Shown piece by piece: positions 1 through 10,029 of a stretch of DNA of 64,000 nt. The position numbers and the translations under genes were made by a program. The DNA is taken from contig JAJYXV010000015.1 of the NCBI GenBank assembly GCA_021801565.1, forward strand, positions 91,168 through 155,167, written 5' to 3'. Every line of letters starts with the position of its first letter. Position 1 is the first letter of the stretch. Source of the DNA: a bacterium (GTDB taxonomy: Bacteria; Patescibacteriota; Minisyncoccia; UBA6257; GWB1-50-10). A model generated the notes under the pieces. That model was given only the letters and a program-made list of their open reading frames with translations, had not been told where the DNA came from and ran no database searches.

Positions 1-1076
1 AAGAAAAAAATGAGTTAAATCAACAACTTCCGCTTGAACTCAAAGTTGATCCAAAAACAAACCTGAATCCAAGGTATACACTTGAGTCATTTATTGTTGG
101 TTCGTCAAACGAGCTTGCATATGCGGCAATACAAGCGGTAATAAAAGATGTTGGAAAAAAATATAATCCTCTTTTTGTGTACGGTGGTGTTGGTCTTGGA
201 AAAACCCACCTTATTCAGGGAGCAGGAAACGAAATTATAAAACACTATCAAAAAAACATTGCGGTGTTATATGTAACATCGGAAAAATTTCTGAACGATG
301 TTGTCTCTGGAATCAGAAATAAAAGAATTGATGATATGAAAAAAAAATACAGAGACGTTGATGTTCTTATTATCGATGATATTCAATTTATCGGGGGAAA
401 AGCAACAACCGAACAAGAATTTTTTCATACATTCAATGCGCTTTATGAAAACAACAAACAAATTATTATTTCATCGGACAGGCCGCCATCTGCCATCCCC
501 ACACTTGAAGAGCGTTTGCGTTCACGGTTTGAGGGTGGGATGATCGCTGATATTAGCTATCCGGATTATGAGATGCGTCTTGCAATTTTGAAAACAAAAA
601 CACAAAAAAAAGGTGTTATTATTGAGGATAAAATACTTGAACACATCGCATCAAAAGTACAAAAAAACATAAGGGAGTTGGAGGGTGTGTTAAATAAGGT
701 GGTGTTTTATATACAACACAAAAATGGGATTGATGGTAAAAAGCTTGATGATATTATAAATGAAACCACACAAACAATATCAAAAAACATCACTGTGCAG
801 GAAATTATCAAGACAGTAGCTGATTTTTTTGAGGTTCCACAAGTTGATCTCACTGATAGAAGTAGAAAAAAGGAGGTTGTAGAACCCCGTCAAATTGCGA
901 TGTACCTTCTCCGAGATATATTAAAGCTTTCATATCCTCATATTGGAGAAAAGCTAGGAAAGAGAGATCACACCACCGCAATACACGCGTGTGAAAAAAT
1001 AGAAAAAGAAATAAATAAAAACCAGCAATTTAATCAAAAAATAATGCTTATAAAAGAACGATTGTATAAGTCGTAG
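1..1076 (+). CDS. dnaA: Chromosomal replication initiator DnaA, 5'-truncated by the window edge. The reading frame is open from nt 3 and the ORF-track start at 177 is internal.
   Basis: Upstream in-frame translation from nt 3 (..YTLESFIVGSSNELAYAA..) continues into the AAA+ Walker A (GGVGLGKTHL), sensor motifs and the C-terminal helix-turn-helix DNA-binding domain (QIAMYLLRD..TTAIHACEKI). Confidence 0.9.
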   Translation, partial: EKNELNQQLPLELKVDPKTNLNPRYTLESFIVGSSNELAYAAIQAVIKDVGKKYNPLFVYGGVGLGKTHLIQGAGNEIIKHYQKNIAVLYVTSEKFLNDVVSGIRNKRIDDMKKKYRDVDVLIIDDIQFIGGKATTEQEFFHTFNALYENNKQIIISSDRPPSAIPTLEERLRSRFEGGMIADISYPDYEMRLAILKTKTQKKGVIIEDKILEHIASKVQKNIRELEGVLNKVVFYIQHKNGIDGKKLDDIINETTQTISKNITVQEIIKTVADFFEVPQVDLTDRSRKKEVVEPRQIAMYLLRDILKLSYPHIGEKLGKRDHTTAIHACEKIEKEINKNQQFNQKIMLIKERLYKS

Positions 1077-1082
1077 AAAATC

Positions 1083-1223
1083 TGTGTATAAAAATTTATT
1101 AATGTGGGTTTTTTGTGTATAAAAACAAAAATAAATAAATAAATTTCCCGTACGAAAAATTTATCCACAGTAAGTTGTGTATAAAAAAACAATAGAGAGC
1201 GTTACATTATTGAGATATCCACA
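1083..1223. promoter_or_regulatory. Candidate oriC, a cluster of DnaA boxes in the dnaA-dnaN intergenic region.
   Basis: One perfect TTATCCACA (1161-1169). Three TGTGTATAA (1083-1091, 1114-1122, 1176-1184), each one mismatch from TGTGGATAA. ATATCCACA at 1215-1223. All embedded in very AT-rich DNA between dnaA and dnaN. Confidence 0.6.
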
Positions 1224-1282
1224 TATTCACACCCCTACTATTACTACTATTCTTATAATAAAAAATAATTGATAATAATAAT

Positions 1283-2398
1283 ATGAAACTTATTGTATTA
1301 AGAAATAAATTACTAGAAGCTCTTAGTGTGGTTGATCGCGCAGTCGGAGAAAACTCAAATCTCCCAATTTTAAAATGTGTATATATACGTACAGATGATA
1401 ATAAAATTATATTTACAACAACAAATTTAGAACTAGCAATTACACACGTTTCTTCTGGAAAAATAATAGAAAACGGCGAAGTTGCAATACCCCTTCACCT
1501 TTTTAACACTATTGTTAAAAACATAACATCTGAACGTATTACATTGGAATCAAAAGGAAAAAAGCTTTTTATTGAAACAGATAACTATGAAGCATTTGTG
1601 CAAACACAAGAAATAAAAGAATTTCCAATTATTCCATCAATTCATAACAAAAATCAAAGCTTACAAATAAATTCAAAAACACTCGTAGAAACAATTGAAG
1701 ATGTTATTGTTGCAACACAATATTCAGAAATACGACCAGAAATCAGTGGAATATTTATGGGGGTCGAGGAGTATGGTATAACTTATGCAGGAACAGATAG
1801 TTTTCGGCTCGCAGAGAAGAAAATAGATTCTGGAATAATAAAATCAACATTTATAGAATCGGTTAAATGTATTATTCCACTAAAAACATCAGAAGAAGTA
1901 TTAAAAATTCTTCATAATCAAGAAGAAGGAGATGTTTCTATTTTTATAGATCCAACACAAATATTATTTAAAACACAGAGTGTCGAGATAATATCACGCC
2001 TTATTGACGGAAATTTTCCCGACTATCAATCGATTATTCCAAAACAAACACAAGCAGAGGTAATTGTTCCACGGCAGGAATTTTTAAGCGCAATAAGACT
2101 TACTAGTTCGTTTTCTGGGAGGGGAAATGATATTACCCTCACTGTTGGAGAGAATAAAAAATATATTGAATTATTTTCATCGGATAATGCACTTGGAGAA
2201 AATAGATGTAAAGTACCAGTTCACTTAAAAGGGGAACGCTTTACTTTGGTATTTAATTGGAAATATTTATCCGACGGATTTAAGATATTTAAAAGCGACG
2301 AACTTATTATAGGAATGACAACCCCAGATAGGCCCGTGGTTATAAAAAACCAAACCGATCCATCGCTTATATATGTTGCAATGCCCATAAAAAATTAA
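1283..2398 (+). CDS. dnaN: DNA polymerase III beta subunit (sliding clamp).
   Basis: 371 aa. N-terminus MKLIVLRNKLLEALSVVDRAV is typical of the beta clamp. Canonical position directly after dnaA. Confidence 0.9.
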   Translation: MKLIVLRNKLLEALSVVDRAVGENSNLPILKCVYIRTDDNKIIFTTTNLELAITHVSSGKIIENGEVAIPLHLFNTIVKNITSERITLESKGKKLFIETDNYEAFVQTQEIKEFPIIPSIHNKNQSLQINSKTLVETIEDVIVATQYSEIRPEISGIFMGVEEYGITYAGTDSFRLAEKKIDSGIIKSTFIESVKCIIPLKTSEEVLKILHNQEEGDVSIFIDPTQILFKTQSVEIISRLIDGNFPDYQSIIPKQTQAEVIVPRQEFLSAIRLTSSFSGRGNDITLTVGENKKYIELFSSDNALGENRCKVPVHLKGERFTLVFNWKYLSDGFKIFKSDELIIGMTTPDRPVVIKNQTDPSLIYVAMPIKN

Positions 2399-2431
2399 CC
2401 CACCCTCACCACTTAAAAGGCGATACAGAAT

Positions 2432-4921
2432 CTATTTTTTATAAACAATAAATCGCGATTGAGTAACCGATCCAGATGAGTCGGTTACTTTTATCTCAAA
2501 AAGGTTTTGTGGGTCAAGTGTGGTATTGAAATAGTATTGATATTTATACACTACACCCTCTATATCAAAACCATTTATAAGACGATCGTTTATAAAAAGT
2601 TCAATTCTTTTCAGTTCTTTATTTTTTCCCGCCCGTATATTCGCTTGTATAATAAACGGAGAGGAAAGAAAATCGCCATTTTTTGGATAAGTAGTATTTA
2701 TTGTTGTTTTTTCATTCGTTTCGACCCCCGCACCACTTACGTTAGTGTTTTCGCGATCTGAAGAAAACGAAACATCTCCAGAAATTGATTGATTCCATAA
2801 ATAAGAATCGGGTATATGTGTATGTGCCCAATTTAATACCCCAGTTTCCCAGTTTTTAAACTGCGGATCATTCGCGGGATTTTCTGGTCTCGGGCCAAGG
2901 GGATTTTCTTTATCAATGTAATACAAAATTGAATGTATTTGTGGATATGTCTTTCCTTGGATTATTGGTTTCCATATATATTCCCCGTTTATCATTGGTT
3001 TTGGTGTATAAGGAATTGGGTCTGGTTTTGTAAATGTTTCTGGTTCGTATTTTTTTATAACATCTCGTAAAAACAAGTTCCAAATAGGAACCGCAGCGAG
3101 AATACTACTTCCTTGTCGTATCATGGGTGTGTTGTCGTTATTTCCGGCCCAAGCACCCACAACGAGAAATGGAGTATACCCAACAACCCACGCGTCTCTG
3201 TGGTCACCAGATGTTCCTGTTTTCAATGCCACATCGTACCCATCATAAACAGTGAGAGGAAGAGAACTTCCAAAAATTGGTGCACGGAGCTCTGGTGTTG
3301 AAAGAATTTGTGTAACAAGCCGTATTGACTGTGTGTCGTCAAACACCCTTTTTGTATTATCTGTATATTCTTCTAATACATTTCCCTCCGTGTCTTCTAT
3401 TTTTAAAATAAACACCTGTTCATGTCTCACCCCCTCTTGTGAAAGAGTTCCATATGTGTTTACAAGATCAATCAGTTTTACTTCTCCTCCGCCAAGAACC
3501 AAGGATAGACCGTATCTCCACGTTTCTTTAAGTGTGCTGATACCGAAATCATGAAGTGTTTTTAACGAATCATCCATTCCGGCGAGATATAATAATTTTA
3601 CAGCGGGAATGTTAAATGATTGTGCAAGGGCATTTTCAAGCGTGACGGGTCCGTGTTCTTTTTCATCGAAGTTTTGCGGACGATAACTTGTTTCTGGGGA
3701 ATCTCTTAAGTCAAATTCAGTATTCACATCAAAAAGGACTGTTTTGGGAGAATATCCCTTGTGAAATGCGGTGAGATATACAAATGGTTTTAGTGCGGAT
3801 CCTGGTTGTCTTAATCCTTGCGCCGCAACATTAAAATTTCCATCATTCTTTGTATCAAAGTAATCCCTAGAGCCCACCAAGGCCAAAACTTGACCTGTTT
3901 TTGGGTCTTCTGCAACCAACGCCGCATTGTTAGCGCCATACATTTTTTCGTTGTTTTTAGAGCCTTCTAGAACCGCTTTTTCGGCAGTTTCTTGCATATT
4001 CCAATCAAGCGTAGTGATAACCTTAAGACCACCGTTATTCACCAACTCCTCCCCATATTTATTTATGAGATAGTCCTTTACCATAAGAGAGAAATGAGGC
4101 GCTTTTATTGACCCCAAAGAGGGGGGAGAAAAAACTATTTCTTTCTTCTTTATTTTTTCTACGCTCTGTTTTTCTATAAAACCAAGTTCAGCCATTCTAT
4201 CTAAAACGTAATTTTTTCTATCAATTAAATCTTTTGTGTGAGATCCCCATGGAGAAAAATAACTCGGAGCTTTTAACATGCTTGCAAGTACAGCGGCCTC
4301 CTCTGGAGAAACGTTTCGAATTGATTTTCCAAAATATGTTTGACTTGCCGCCTCAACCCCATACGCGTTTGATCCATATGGTATTTGATTGAGGTAAAAA
4401 TAAAAAATTTGATCTTTCGAATATTTTGATTCGAGTTCTAGTGCGAGAACAAGTTCTTTTATTTTACGCGCGATTGTTTTTTCCGAGCTTAAAAAAATAT
4501 TTTTTGCCAATTGCTGAGTGATGGTTGATCCACCTTGCGCCACCTTTCCTTCCCGTAAATTTGTGTAGAGAGCCCTTAGAATTGCTTTCCAATCAAAGGC
4601 TGGTTGATTGTAAAAATCCGCATCTTCAGCTGCGAGCGTCGCCTTTTTTACCACATCGGGAATTTCTTCAAATGGAATAACAGTTCTTTTCTCCTCCCCG
4701 TGTATTTCATAAAGGACCACCCCGCCGGTTTTATCGTAAATCTTGGTTGATTGATTCGCTCTTCGAACATTAAATTGCTCCGGAGAGGGAAGGGTTTGTA
4801 TGAGAATTGCAACATATAAAGAACCAACAACCAGAAGCCCAAAAGATCCAAATATAAAAATAGACCAAAATGTTTTGGCAAACGATTTGTTTTTTGTTCC
4901 TACACGCCTTTTTTTGATCAT
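2432..4921 (-). CDS. Class A penicillin-binding protein (bifunctional glycosyltransferase/transpeptidase) with an extra C-terminal extension of about 200 aa.
   Basis: N-terminal TM helix. Transglycosylase motifs (GGSTITQQLAKN, RKIKE). Transpeptidase SALKPF (SxxK), SGD and KTGT motifs. Confidence 0.85.
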   Translation of the reverse strand: MIKKRRVGTKNKSFAKTFWSIFIFGSFGLLVVGSLYVAILIQTLPSPEQFNVRRANQSTKIYDKTGGVVLYEIHGEEKRTVIPFEEIPDVVKKATLAAEDADFYNQPAFDWKAILRALYTNLREGKVAQGGSTITQQLAKNIFLSSEKTIARKIKELVLALELESKYSKDQIFYFYLNQIPYGSNAYGVEAASQTYFGKSIRNVSPEEAAVLASMLKAPSYFSPWGSHTKDLIDRKNYVLDRMAELGFIEKQSVEKIKKKEIVFSPPSLGSIKAPHFSLMVKDYLINKYGEELVNNGGLKVITTLDWNMQETAEKAVLEGSKNNEKMYGANNAALVAEDPKTGQVLALVGSRDYFDTKNDGNFNVAAQGLRQPGSALKPFVYLTAFHKGYSPKTVLFDVNTEFDLRDSPETSYRPQNFDEKEHGPVTLENALAQSFNIPAVKLLYLAGMDDSLKTLHDFGISTLKETWRYGLSLVLGGGEVKLIDLVNTYGTLSQEGVRHEQVFILKIEDTEGNVLEEYTDNTKRVFDDTQSIRLVTQILSTPELRAPIFGSSLPLTVYDGYDVALKTGTSGDHRDAWVVGYTPFLVVGAWAGNNDNTPMIRQGSSILAAVPIWNLFLRDVIKKYEPETFTKPDPIPYTPKPMINGEYIWKPIIQGKTYPQIHSILYYIDKENPLGPRPENPANDPQFKNWETGVLNWAHTHIPDSYLWNQSISGDVSFSSDRENTNVSGAGVETNEKTTINTTYPKNGDFLSSPFIIQANIRAGKNKELKRIELFINDRLINGFDIEGVVYKYQYYFNTTLDPQNLFEIKVTDSSGSVTQSRFIVYKK

Positions 4922-4957
4922 ATTCTTACCTTCTCATTTTATAGTTTTTGTTTTGAT

Positions 4958-4995
4958 AATAACATCCCGCCCGCCAATTGGCGGGCGGGATGTTA
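4958..4995. repeat. Perfect 38-bp GC-cored palindrome (ATAACATCCCGCCCGCC AATT GGCGGGCGGGATGTTAT). Candidate bidirectional terminator or attenuator, and a member of the CCCGCC hairpin family.
   Basis: A 17-bp perfect stem with an AATT apex, followed by a T-run on the plus strand. Lies between the PBP start and the upstream acidic small ORF and ruvC. Confidence 0.6.
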
Positions 4996-5008
4996 TTTTG
5001 TTGTGTAT

Positions 5009-5155
5009 TTAATAATTTTCTTCCCCTTCTTCATCTCCGAGAAAATCTTTTGTCTCATCCTCTTTCTCTGTGTATTTTTCTTCATCTGTTGCGGCGTAGT
5101 CAACCTCTTCGTCATCTTCCTCTACAAAAATATCGGGGTCTGTCGTTTTTTTCAT
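5009..5155 (-). CDS. Candidate 48-aa highly acidic small protein (MKKTTDPDIFVEEDDEEVDYAATDEEKYTEKEDETKDFLGDEEGEENY).
   Basis: ATG..TAA ORF found by hand, below the 60-aa ORF-track cutoff. Same strand as, and between, ruvC and the PBP gene. Weak RBS. Confidence 0.25.
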   Translation of the reverse strand: MKKTTDPDIFVEEDDEEVDYAATDEEKYTEKEDETKDFLGDEEGEENY

Positions 5156-5335
5156 CTTCTTCAATAATTTTTAATTTATTCACGCTTAAACGACCTTTTA
5201 AAGCGTGTATAACGCATGCGGTAGGGATAATATAGCGACTATAAACAGAAGTCAACCCCGCTAGAAACAACTTATTTGTCTGGTTTTTTCACTTAAAAAC
5301 ATATTAATGATTTATGGGTGGGATTTCTGACGTGG

Positions 5336-5812
5336 TTAATATTTTTTTATGTAACACGCGGCGATAGCAATGGCAAGCGCATCTGTTGCATCATCGATAA
5401 TTTTTTTTGTGTTTATACTAAGAAGAGCTCCCACCATGTGTGCAACATGTTCTTTTGTTGCCCTTCCGTGTCCAGCAACAGATAATTTTATTTCCGGTGG
5501 AGAAAATTCTATATAAGGGACGCCGTGTTCTGTAATGGTTTTTAATATTACTCCCCGCGCCTGGCTTACCGAAAGCGCTGTTTTTTGATTTGTAGAAAAA
5601 TAAAGAGTTTCAATTCCGGCGATATCTGGTTTCCTTTTTTTTAAGATATTTTCTATTTCTTTTTCTAATACACACAAGCGCTCCCCGTCATTTTTATATT
5701 TTTTTTGTAATGGCAAAATACCACTTTCAATGTGTGTTAACACACCCCCGTGTTTCTTTATTATGCCGATTCCTATGCGAGTTGTTCCTGGATCGATTCC
5801 TAAAATAATCAT
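5336..5812 (-). CDS. ruvC: Holliday junction resolvase RuvC.
   Basis: 158 aa. MIILGIDPGTTRIGIGII N-terminus with the catalytic Asp. RNase H-like fold signature. Confidence 0.9.
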   Translation of the reverse strand: MIILGIDPGTTRIGIGIIKKHGGVLTHIESGILPLQKKYKNDGERLCVLEKEIENILKKRKPDIAGIETLYFSTNQKTALSVSQARGVILKTITEHGVPYIEFSPPEIKLSVAGHGRATKEHVAHMVGALLSINTKKIIDDATDALAIAIAACYIKKY

Positions 5813-5843
5813 AGTGTGAAGAATAATTTAAAAAACAAACACA

Positions 5844-7187
5844 CTAAGATATGTTTTTGAATATAGACGAATCGTCGTCTACGGAAATATTTTTTATTGG
5901 AAGGGTAAACCAAAACGTAGTACCTCGTCCGACGCGGGAATCAAACCCAACGTCTCCCCCGTGTCTTTTAATAATATTTTGTGTGATAAAAAGGCCAAGC
6001 CCGTTTCCGTTTGGTTCGATTTGTGCAGCGTTTGTTGCGCGGTAAAATTTTTTAAATATTTTTTCCCTCTCGTTTTCAGGAATACCAACCCCAGAGTCTT
6101 GAACAGATATTTTTATGACGTTTTCATTTTTTTCGAGCACAACAGAAACAAGTCCTTGTTCTGTATTATATTTCACCGCATTATCAATCAAATTAAAAAG
6201 CGCAAGACCTAGCCGATCCGGGTCGATGGTGATATATAACTCATTGATATTTTTATGGATAAACGTGATTTGTGAAGAGTGTTGACGAGCGAATGGGAGG
6301 ACTGCATCTATAACCCCCTTTATAAAAACAATAATATCTACACTCTTGAAGGAATACCCAAATTTTCCTTCTTCTATTTTTGCGACATCAAGAAGATCAT
6401 TTGTTATTTTTAACGTTCTTTCAGACACCCCAAATGCCTCAAGAGCGATTTTGTGTATTTCTGGCGATGAGTCTTCGGAGAATTTTAATATGTTTTCAAG
6501 TGCCCAGTTAAGTGCGGTAAGGGGGGTTCTTAGTTGGTGAGCGGCGGTATTGATAAATTCATTTTTACTTTGTAATATTGCTTGTTCTCGTGTTTCGTCT
6601 TTTATTAATTTAAGAAAACAAGAGATTTCTCCGTTTTTATCAATAATTCTATTTAGAACGGTGTAGAATTTTTTGTTTTGGTCATCGATAAAAATTTCCG
6701 TGATTTGTGGCCACGCATTGGTTTCAGAAAGTTGTGCGATCGAAGATGCGAGTGAGGGGAATATCACCTGTGTAAGAGACTTGAATTTTTCGATTTGACT
6801 GAGTTTTGGTTCAATGGTTTTTCCAATAATATCGTTTCTGGAAATGGAAAAAATCTCTTCTGCCGCAGGATTAAATTCCATCACCTTAAATTGAGGAGAA
6901 TAAATGACAAGACCGTCTTTTAAGTTTTCTATAATTGCCGATAATTTTCCCTGGTCGGATGAATCGTTGGTTGAACGTTTTGCGGAACCGGATCCCAATA
7001 CAACAACAAGCGTAACGGAGAAAAAAATCAGCGCCCACACAAGAAACAAGAGAAGTGGTTGGGTTTCAAGTAGCACATGAACAACTCCGACAATAATGGC
7101 AAAAAGAAAAAACAAAAACACAAAAACCGACATTTTTGTTCCGACGCCCCCCTTTGTTTTCCAGAAGGAAGAAAATATATTATTCAT
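5844..7187 (-). CDS. Sensor histidine kinase (TM, PAS-like region, HisKA, HATPase_c). No adjacent response regulator.
   Basis: H-box NTAAHQLRTPLTAL. N-box NLIDNAVKY. G-boxes DSGVGIP and GLGLFI. Two N-terminal TM helices. Confidence 0.8.
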   Translation of the reverse strand: MNNIFSSFWKTKGGVGTKMSVFVFLFFLFAIIVGVVHVLLETQPLLLFLVWALIFFSVTLVVVLGSGSAKRSTNDSSDQGKLSAIIENLKDGLVIYSPQFKVMEFNPAAEEIFSISRNDIIGKTIEPKLSQIEKFKSLTQVIFPSLASSIAQLSETNAWPQITEIFIDDQNKKFYTVLNRIIDKNGEISCFLKLIKDETREQAILQSKNEFINTAAHQLRTPLTALNWALENILKFSEDSSPEIHKIALEAFGVSERTLKITNDLLDVAKIEEGKFGYSFKSVDIIVFIKGVIDAVLPFARQHSSQITFIHKNINELYITIDPDRLGLALFNLIDNAVKYNTEQGLVSVVLEKNENVIKISVQDSGVGIPENEREKIFKKFYRATNAAQIEPNGNGLGLFITQNIIKRHGGDVGFDSRVGRGTTFWFTLPIKNISVDDDSSIFKNIS

Positions 7188-9576
7188 ATTTTTTCATATT
7201 TCCCCAATCTCTTCCCATCTTTACTTCTACTACAAGCGGGACCAAAAGAGACAGTGGGTGCTCCATAATGTCTCTTATTGGAGATATAATATTTTTTAGA
7301 ATATCATTATGAACTTCGAATATCAATTCATCGTGTATGGTGAGAATAAGACGCGCCGCGCTCCCGTATTTATTTGTGTCAATAAATTTTTGAGATGCAA
7401 TCATGGCGAGTTTCATTATATCAGCCCCTAAACTTTGTACGGGCATATTTATAGCCGCTCGTTCCATTTCAGAAATAATTTTTTTGTTCTGTATTCCTGT
7501 CGGAAATATCCTCATACGCCCCATCTCGTTTCTTATAACCCCCCCCATCCGTATTTCGGCCCGCATTTTTTCCTGCCATTCTCTCACTTTTGGAAAATCA
7601 AAGAAATATTCGTTAATGAAACGCCTCGCATCATCAAAAGAAAGACCACTTGTTGCAGAAAAAGCTCGTGGTCCCATACCGTACACAACCCCAAAGTTCA
7701 GTGTTTTTGCGATCCGCCGCAAATCCGGTCCGACCGCCGATTCTTCTATATTAAATATTTGTGCAGCGGTTGTATTGTGAATATCCTTTTTATTGAGAAA
7801 AGCAGATATCATTTTTTTGTCTTTTGAAATATGAGCGAGGAGTCGGAGTTCAAGTTGTGAATAATCGAACGAAACCAAGGAAAAACCATCCTCGGCGACA
7901 AATGCTCCACGCAATTCTTTTGACCATTTTGATTCTTGTGGAATGTTTTGGAGGTTTGGTTTTTCAGAAGAAAGTCGTCCTGTTGCTGTTCCTGTTTGCG
8001 AATATGTGGTGTGTATTCGATGGTGTTTGTCTGCTCGCACATATTCAAGAAGCGGAGAAACATATGTAGAGAGAATTTTCATGTTTTCTCTGTGTGCGAG
8101 AATATATTTAATTATTGGATGTTTGTCTTTGAGTCCAAAAAGCACCGACTCCGCTGTTGAGTTCATCCCTGTTTTTGTTTTGTGTTTTCCCCCCTCTTTT
8201 ATCTGGAGTTTTGAAAAAAGAATATCAGCAACTTGTCGCGGGGAATTAATATTAAACCGTTCCTTTGCAAACTCAAATATTTTTTCTTCTGTTTCTTCTA
8301 TCTCCTTTTTTATTTTTTTCTCGAGTTGGATAAGTGTATGTTCTTTACACAACACCCCACATAGTTCCATTTTTGCAAGAATAGGAATGAGTGGCATTTC
8401 TACTCCGTAAAAGATTTTTTCAAGTTTGTATTTTTTTATATTTTCACTTAATACACCATATAATTGATGGGTTATTTGGCCGGATGCGGTGGTTTTGAGA
8501 AACCTTTGTGATATATCGTCAATTGAAAACCTGCTCTTGTCTGGATCAAGAAGCCACGCTGCTACTTTTATATCAAAGACTTTATTGGGTGGAACCGAAT
8601 CATTTTTTTTCTGCTCTATCTCTTTTTTCCAATCATAGACAACTAGAATATTTTTATCAATTGTTATTGTCTTTTGTTTGTTGTCCTCCCCATTTTTTTC
8701 ATTATTTTTTTTATTTAATCCGAGTCTTTTTATGAGACTGTCAAATCCGAGATGATTGAAATATTTTTCAAGATCGTTTGTATTTGGTGCCACGTATCTT
8801 GTTTTGTCGAGCAATACATCCATTGGCACGTCTTTTTTTATGGTTGCAAGATCTTTAGAAAGAAGCGCCATTTTTTTATGTTCGGCTATTTTTTTGAATA
8901 ACGGATTTTTTTCATCAATTGATTTATATATATTTTCTACAGTTCCATATTTTGAAATAAGCTGAACCGCTGTTTTTGGACCAACATTAGGAATTCCGGG
9001 TATATTGTCTGACGGATCTCCGACAAGCCCCTTATAATCGGGAACATGCTCTACGGTGACGCCGAGGCGTTCAAACACTGCATTTTCATCATAAACCACA
9101 ACATCGTTTATCCCTCTTTTAAACGTTTCCACCTCCACTCGTCCATTTTTTACAAGCTGAAGCGTATCGAGATCTCCTGTGAGTATGGTGATAAACACAT
9201 CGCTTTCTTTGCTGAATTTTTCCGAGAACGTGCCGATAATATCATCGCCCTCGTATCCGGGAATTTCTGACACATATATGCCAAATTTTTTGAAAAGTTC
9301 CCGCGATTCTTTGAGTTGAGAAATAAGTTCATCTGGTGCTTTTGGGCGATGAGCCTTATATGCTTCATATTGTTCTTTTCGAAACGTTGGTTCCGGACGG
9401 TCAAACGCAGCGATTACATAATCTGGCGATTTTTCTTTTAGTACTTTGAGTAGTGTGCTGGCAACACCATAAAGCGCGCCTGTTGGTGTTCCATTTGGCG
9501 CAGTGAGGGGAGGAAGGGCATGAAACGATCGATGGATAAGCGAGTGGGCGTCAATAAGAAGAATTTTTTTTATCAT
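7180..9576 (-). CDS. polA: DNA polymerase I (5'-3' exonuclease plus polymerase domains, compact at 798 aa).
   Basis: N-terminal 5' nuclease (LLIDAHSLIHRSFHAL). Pol A motifs RRIAKTLNFGVVYGMG and HDELIFEV. Confidence 0.9.
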   Translation of the reverse strand: MIKKILLIDAHSLIHRSFHALPPLTAPNGTPTGALYGVASTLLKVLKEKSPDYVIAAFDRPEPTFRKEQYEAYKAHRPKAPDELISQLKESRELFKKFGIYVSEIPGYEGDDIIGTFSEKFSKESDVFITILTGDLDTLQLVKNGRVEVETFKRGINDVVVYDENAVFERLGVTVEHVPDYKGLVGDPSDNIPGIPNVGPKTAVQLISKYGTVENIYKSIDEKNPLFKKIAEHKKMALLSKDLATIKKDVPMDVLLDKTRYVAPNTNDLEKYFNHLGFDSLIKRLGLNKKNNEKNGEDNKQKTITIDKNILVVYDWKKEIEQKKNDSVPPNKVFDIKVAAWLLDPDKSRFSIDDISQRFLKTTASGQITHQLYGVLSENIKKYKLEKIFYGVEMPLIPILAKMELCGVLCKEHTLIQLEKKIKKEIEETEEKIFEFAKERFNINSPRQVADILFSKLQIKEGGKHKTKTGMNSTAESVLFGLKDKHPIIKYILAHRENMKILSTYVSPLLEYVRADKHHRIHTTYSQTGTATGRLSSEKPNLQNIPQESKWSKELRGAFVAEDGFSLVSFDYSQLELRLLAHISKDKKMISAFLNKKDIHNTTAAQIFNIEESAVGPDLRRIAKTLNFGVVYGMGPRAFSATSGLSFDDARRFINEYFFDFPKVREWQEKMRAEIRMGGVIRNEMGRMRIFPTGIQNKKIISEMERAAINMPVQSLGADIMKLAMIASQKFIDTNKYGSAARLILTIHDELIFEVHNDILKNIISPIRDIMEHPLSLLVPLVVEVKMGRDWGNMKKYE

Positions 9577-9581
9577 AGCTG

Positions 9582-10025
9582 TTATTTTTTAATTGTAATA
9601 TATCGCTCGTTCTTTTTTTGTCCATGTGTAAAGAAAACCCAGATTGCTTTTTTATTGATTGCTTTTTTTATAAGATCGGCCCACTCGATAACAACAATGT
9701 TTTCGTCATTTGATATCTCTTTTTCAAACCCCACACCAGATAGTTCACTTATTTTTTTTATGCGATATGCATCCATGTGTATGAATGATGAAAAATTATT
9801 TTTGTTAATTTTATATTTTTTTTGGATAAGAAACGTTGGGCTTGTAATTGTCGACCGCACCCCCAGTGTTTTTGCCAGACTTTTTACAAATGTTGTTTTT
9901 CCACTCCCTAATTCTCCTACGAGTCCTATCACCACCGTTTTTTTATGCATATCACGCAATATCTGAGAAATCAGACCTTGCGCTATTTTCTTTGTGTCGG
10001 TGGGAGAAAAAACGTGAAACTTCAT
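9582..10025 (-). CDS. tsaE: tRNA threonylcarbamoyladenosine biosynthesis protein TsaE.
   Basis: P-loop GELGSGKTTF and SPTF motif. About 147 aa. Confidence 0.8.
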   Translation of the reverse strand: MKFHVFSPTDTKKIAQGLISQILRDMHKKTVVIGLVGELGSGKTTFVKSLAKTLGVRSTITSPTFLIQKKYKINKNNFSSFIHMDAYRIKKISELSGVGFEKEISNDENIVVIEWADLIKKAINKKAIWVFFTHGQKKNERYITIKK

Positions 10026-10029
10026 TTAT

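Noticed and set aside
4978-5235. 85-aa plus-strand ORF MAGGMLFCCVFNNFLP.. and 4800-5012 ORF.
   Set aside because: They overlap the PBP 5' end and the palindrome, are Leu/Phe/Ser-rich from AT-rich codons, and are antisense to the ruvC-PBP transcription direction.
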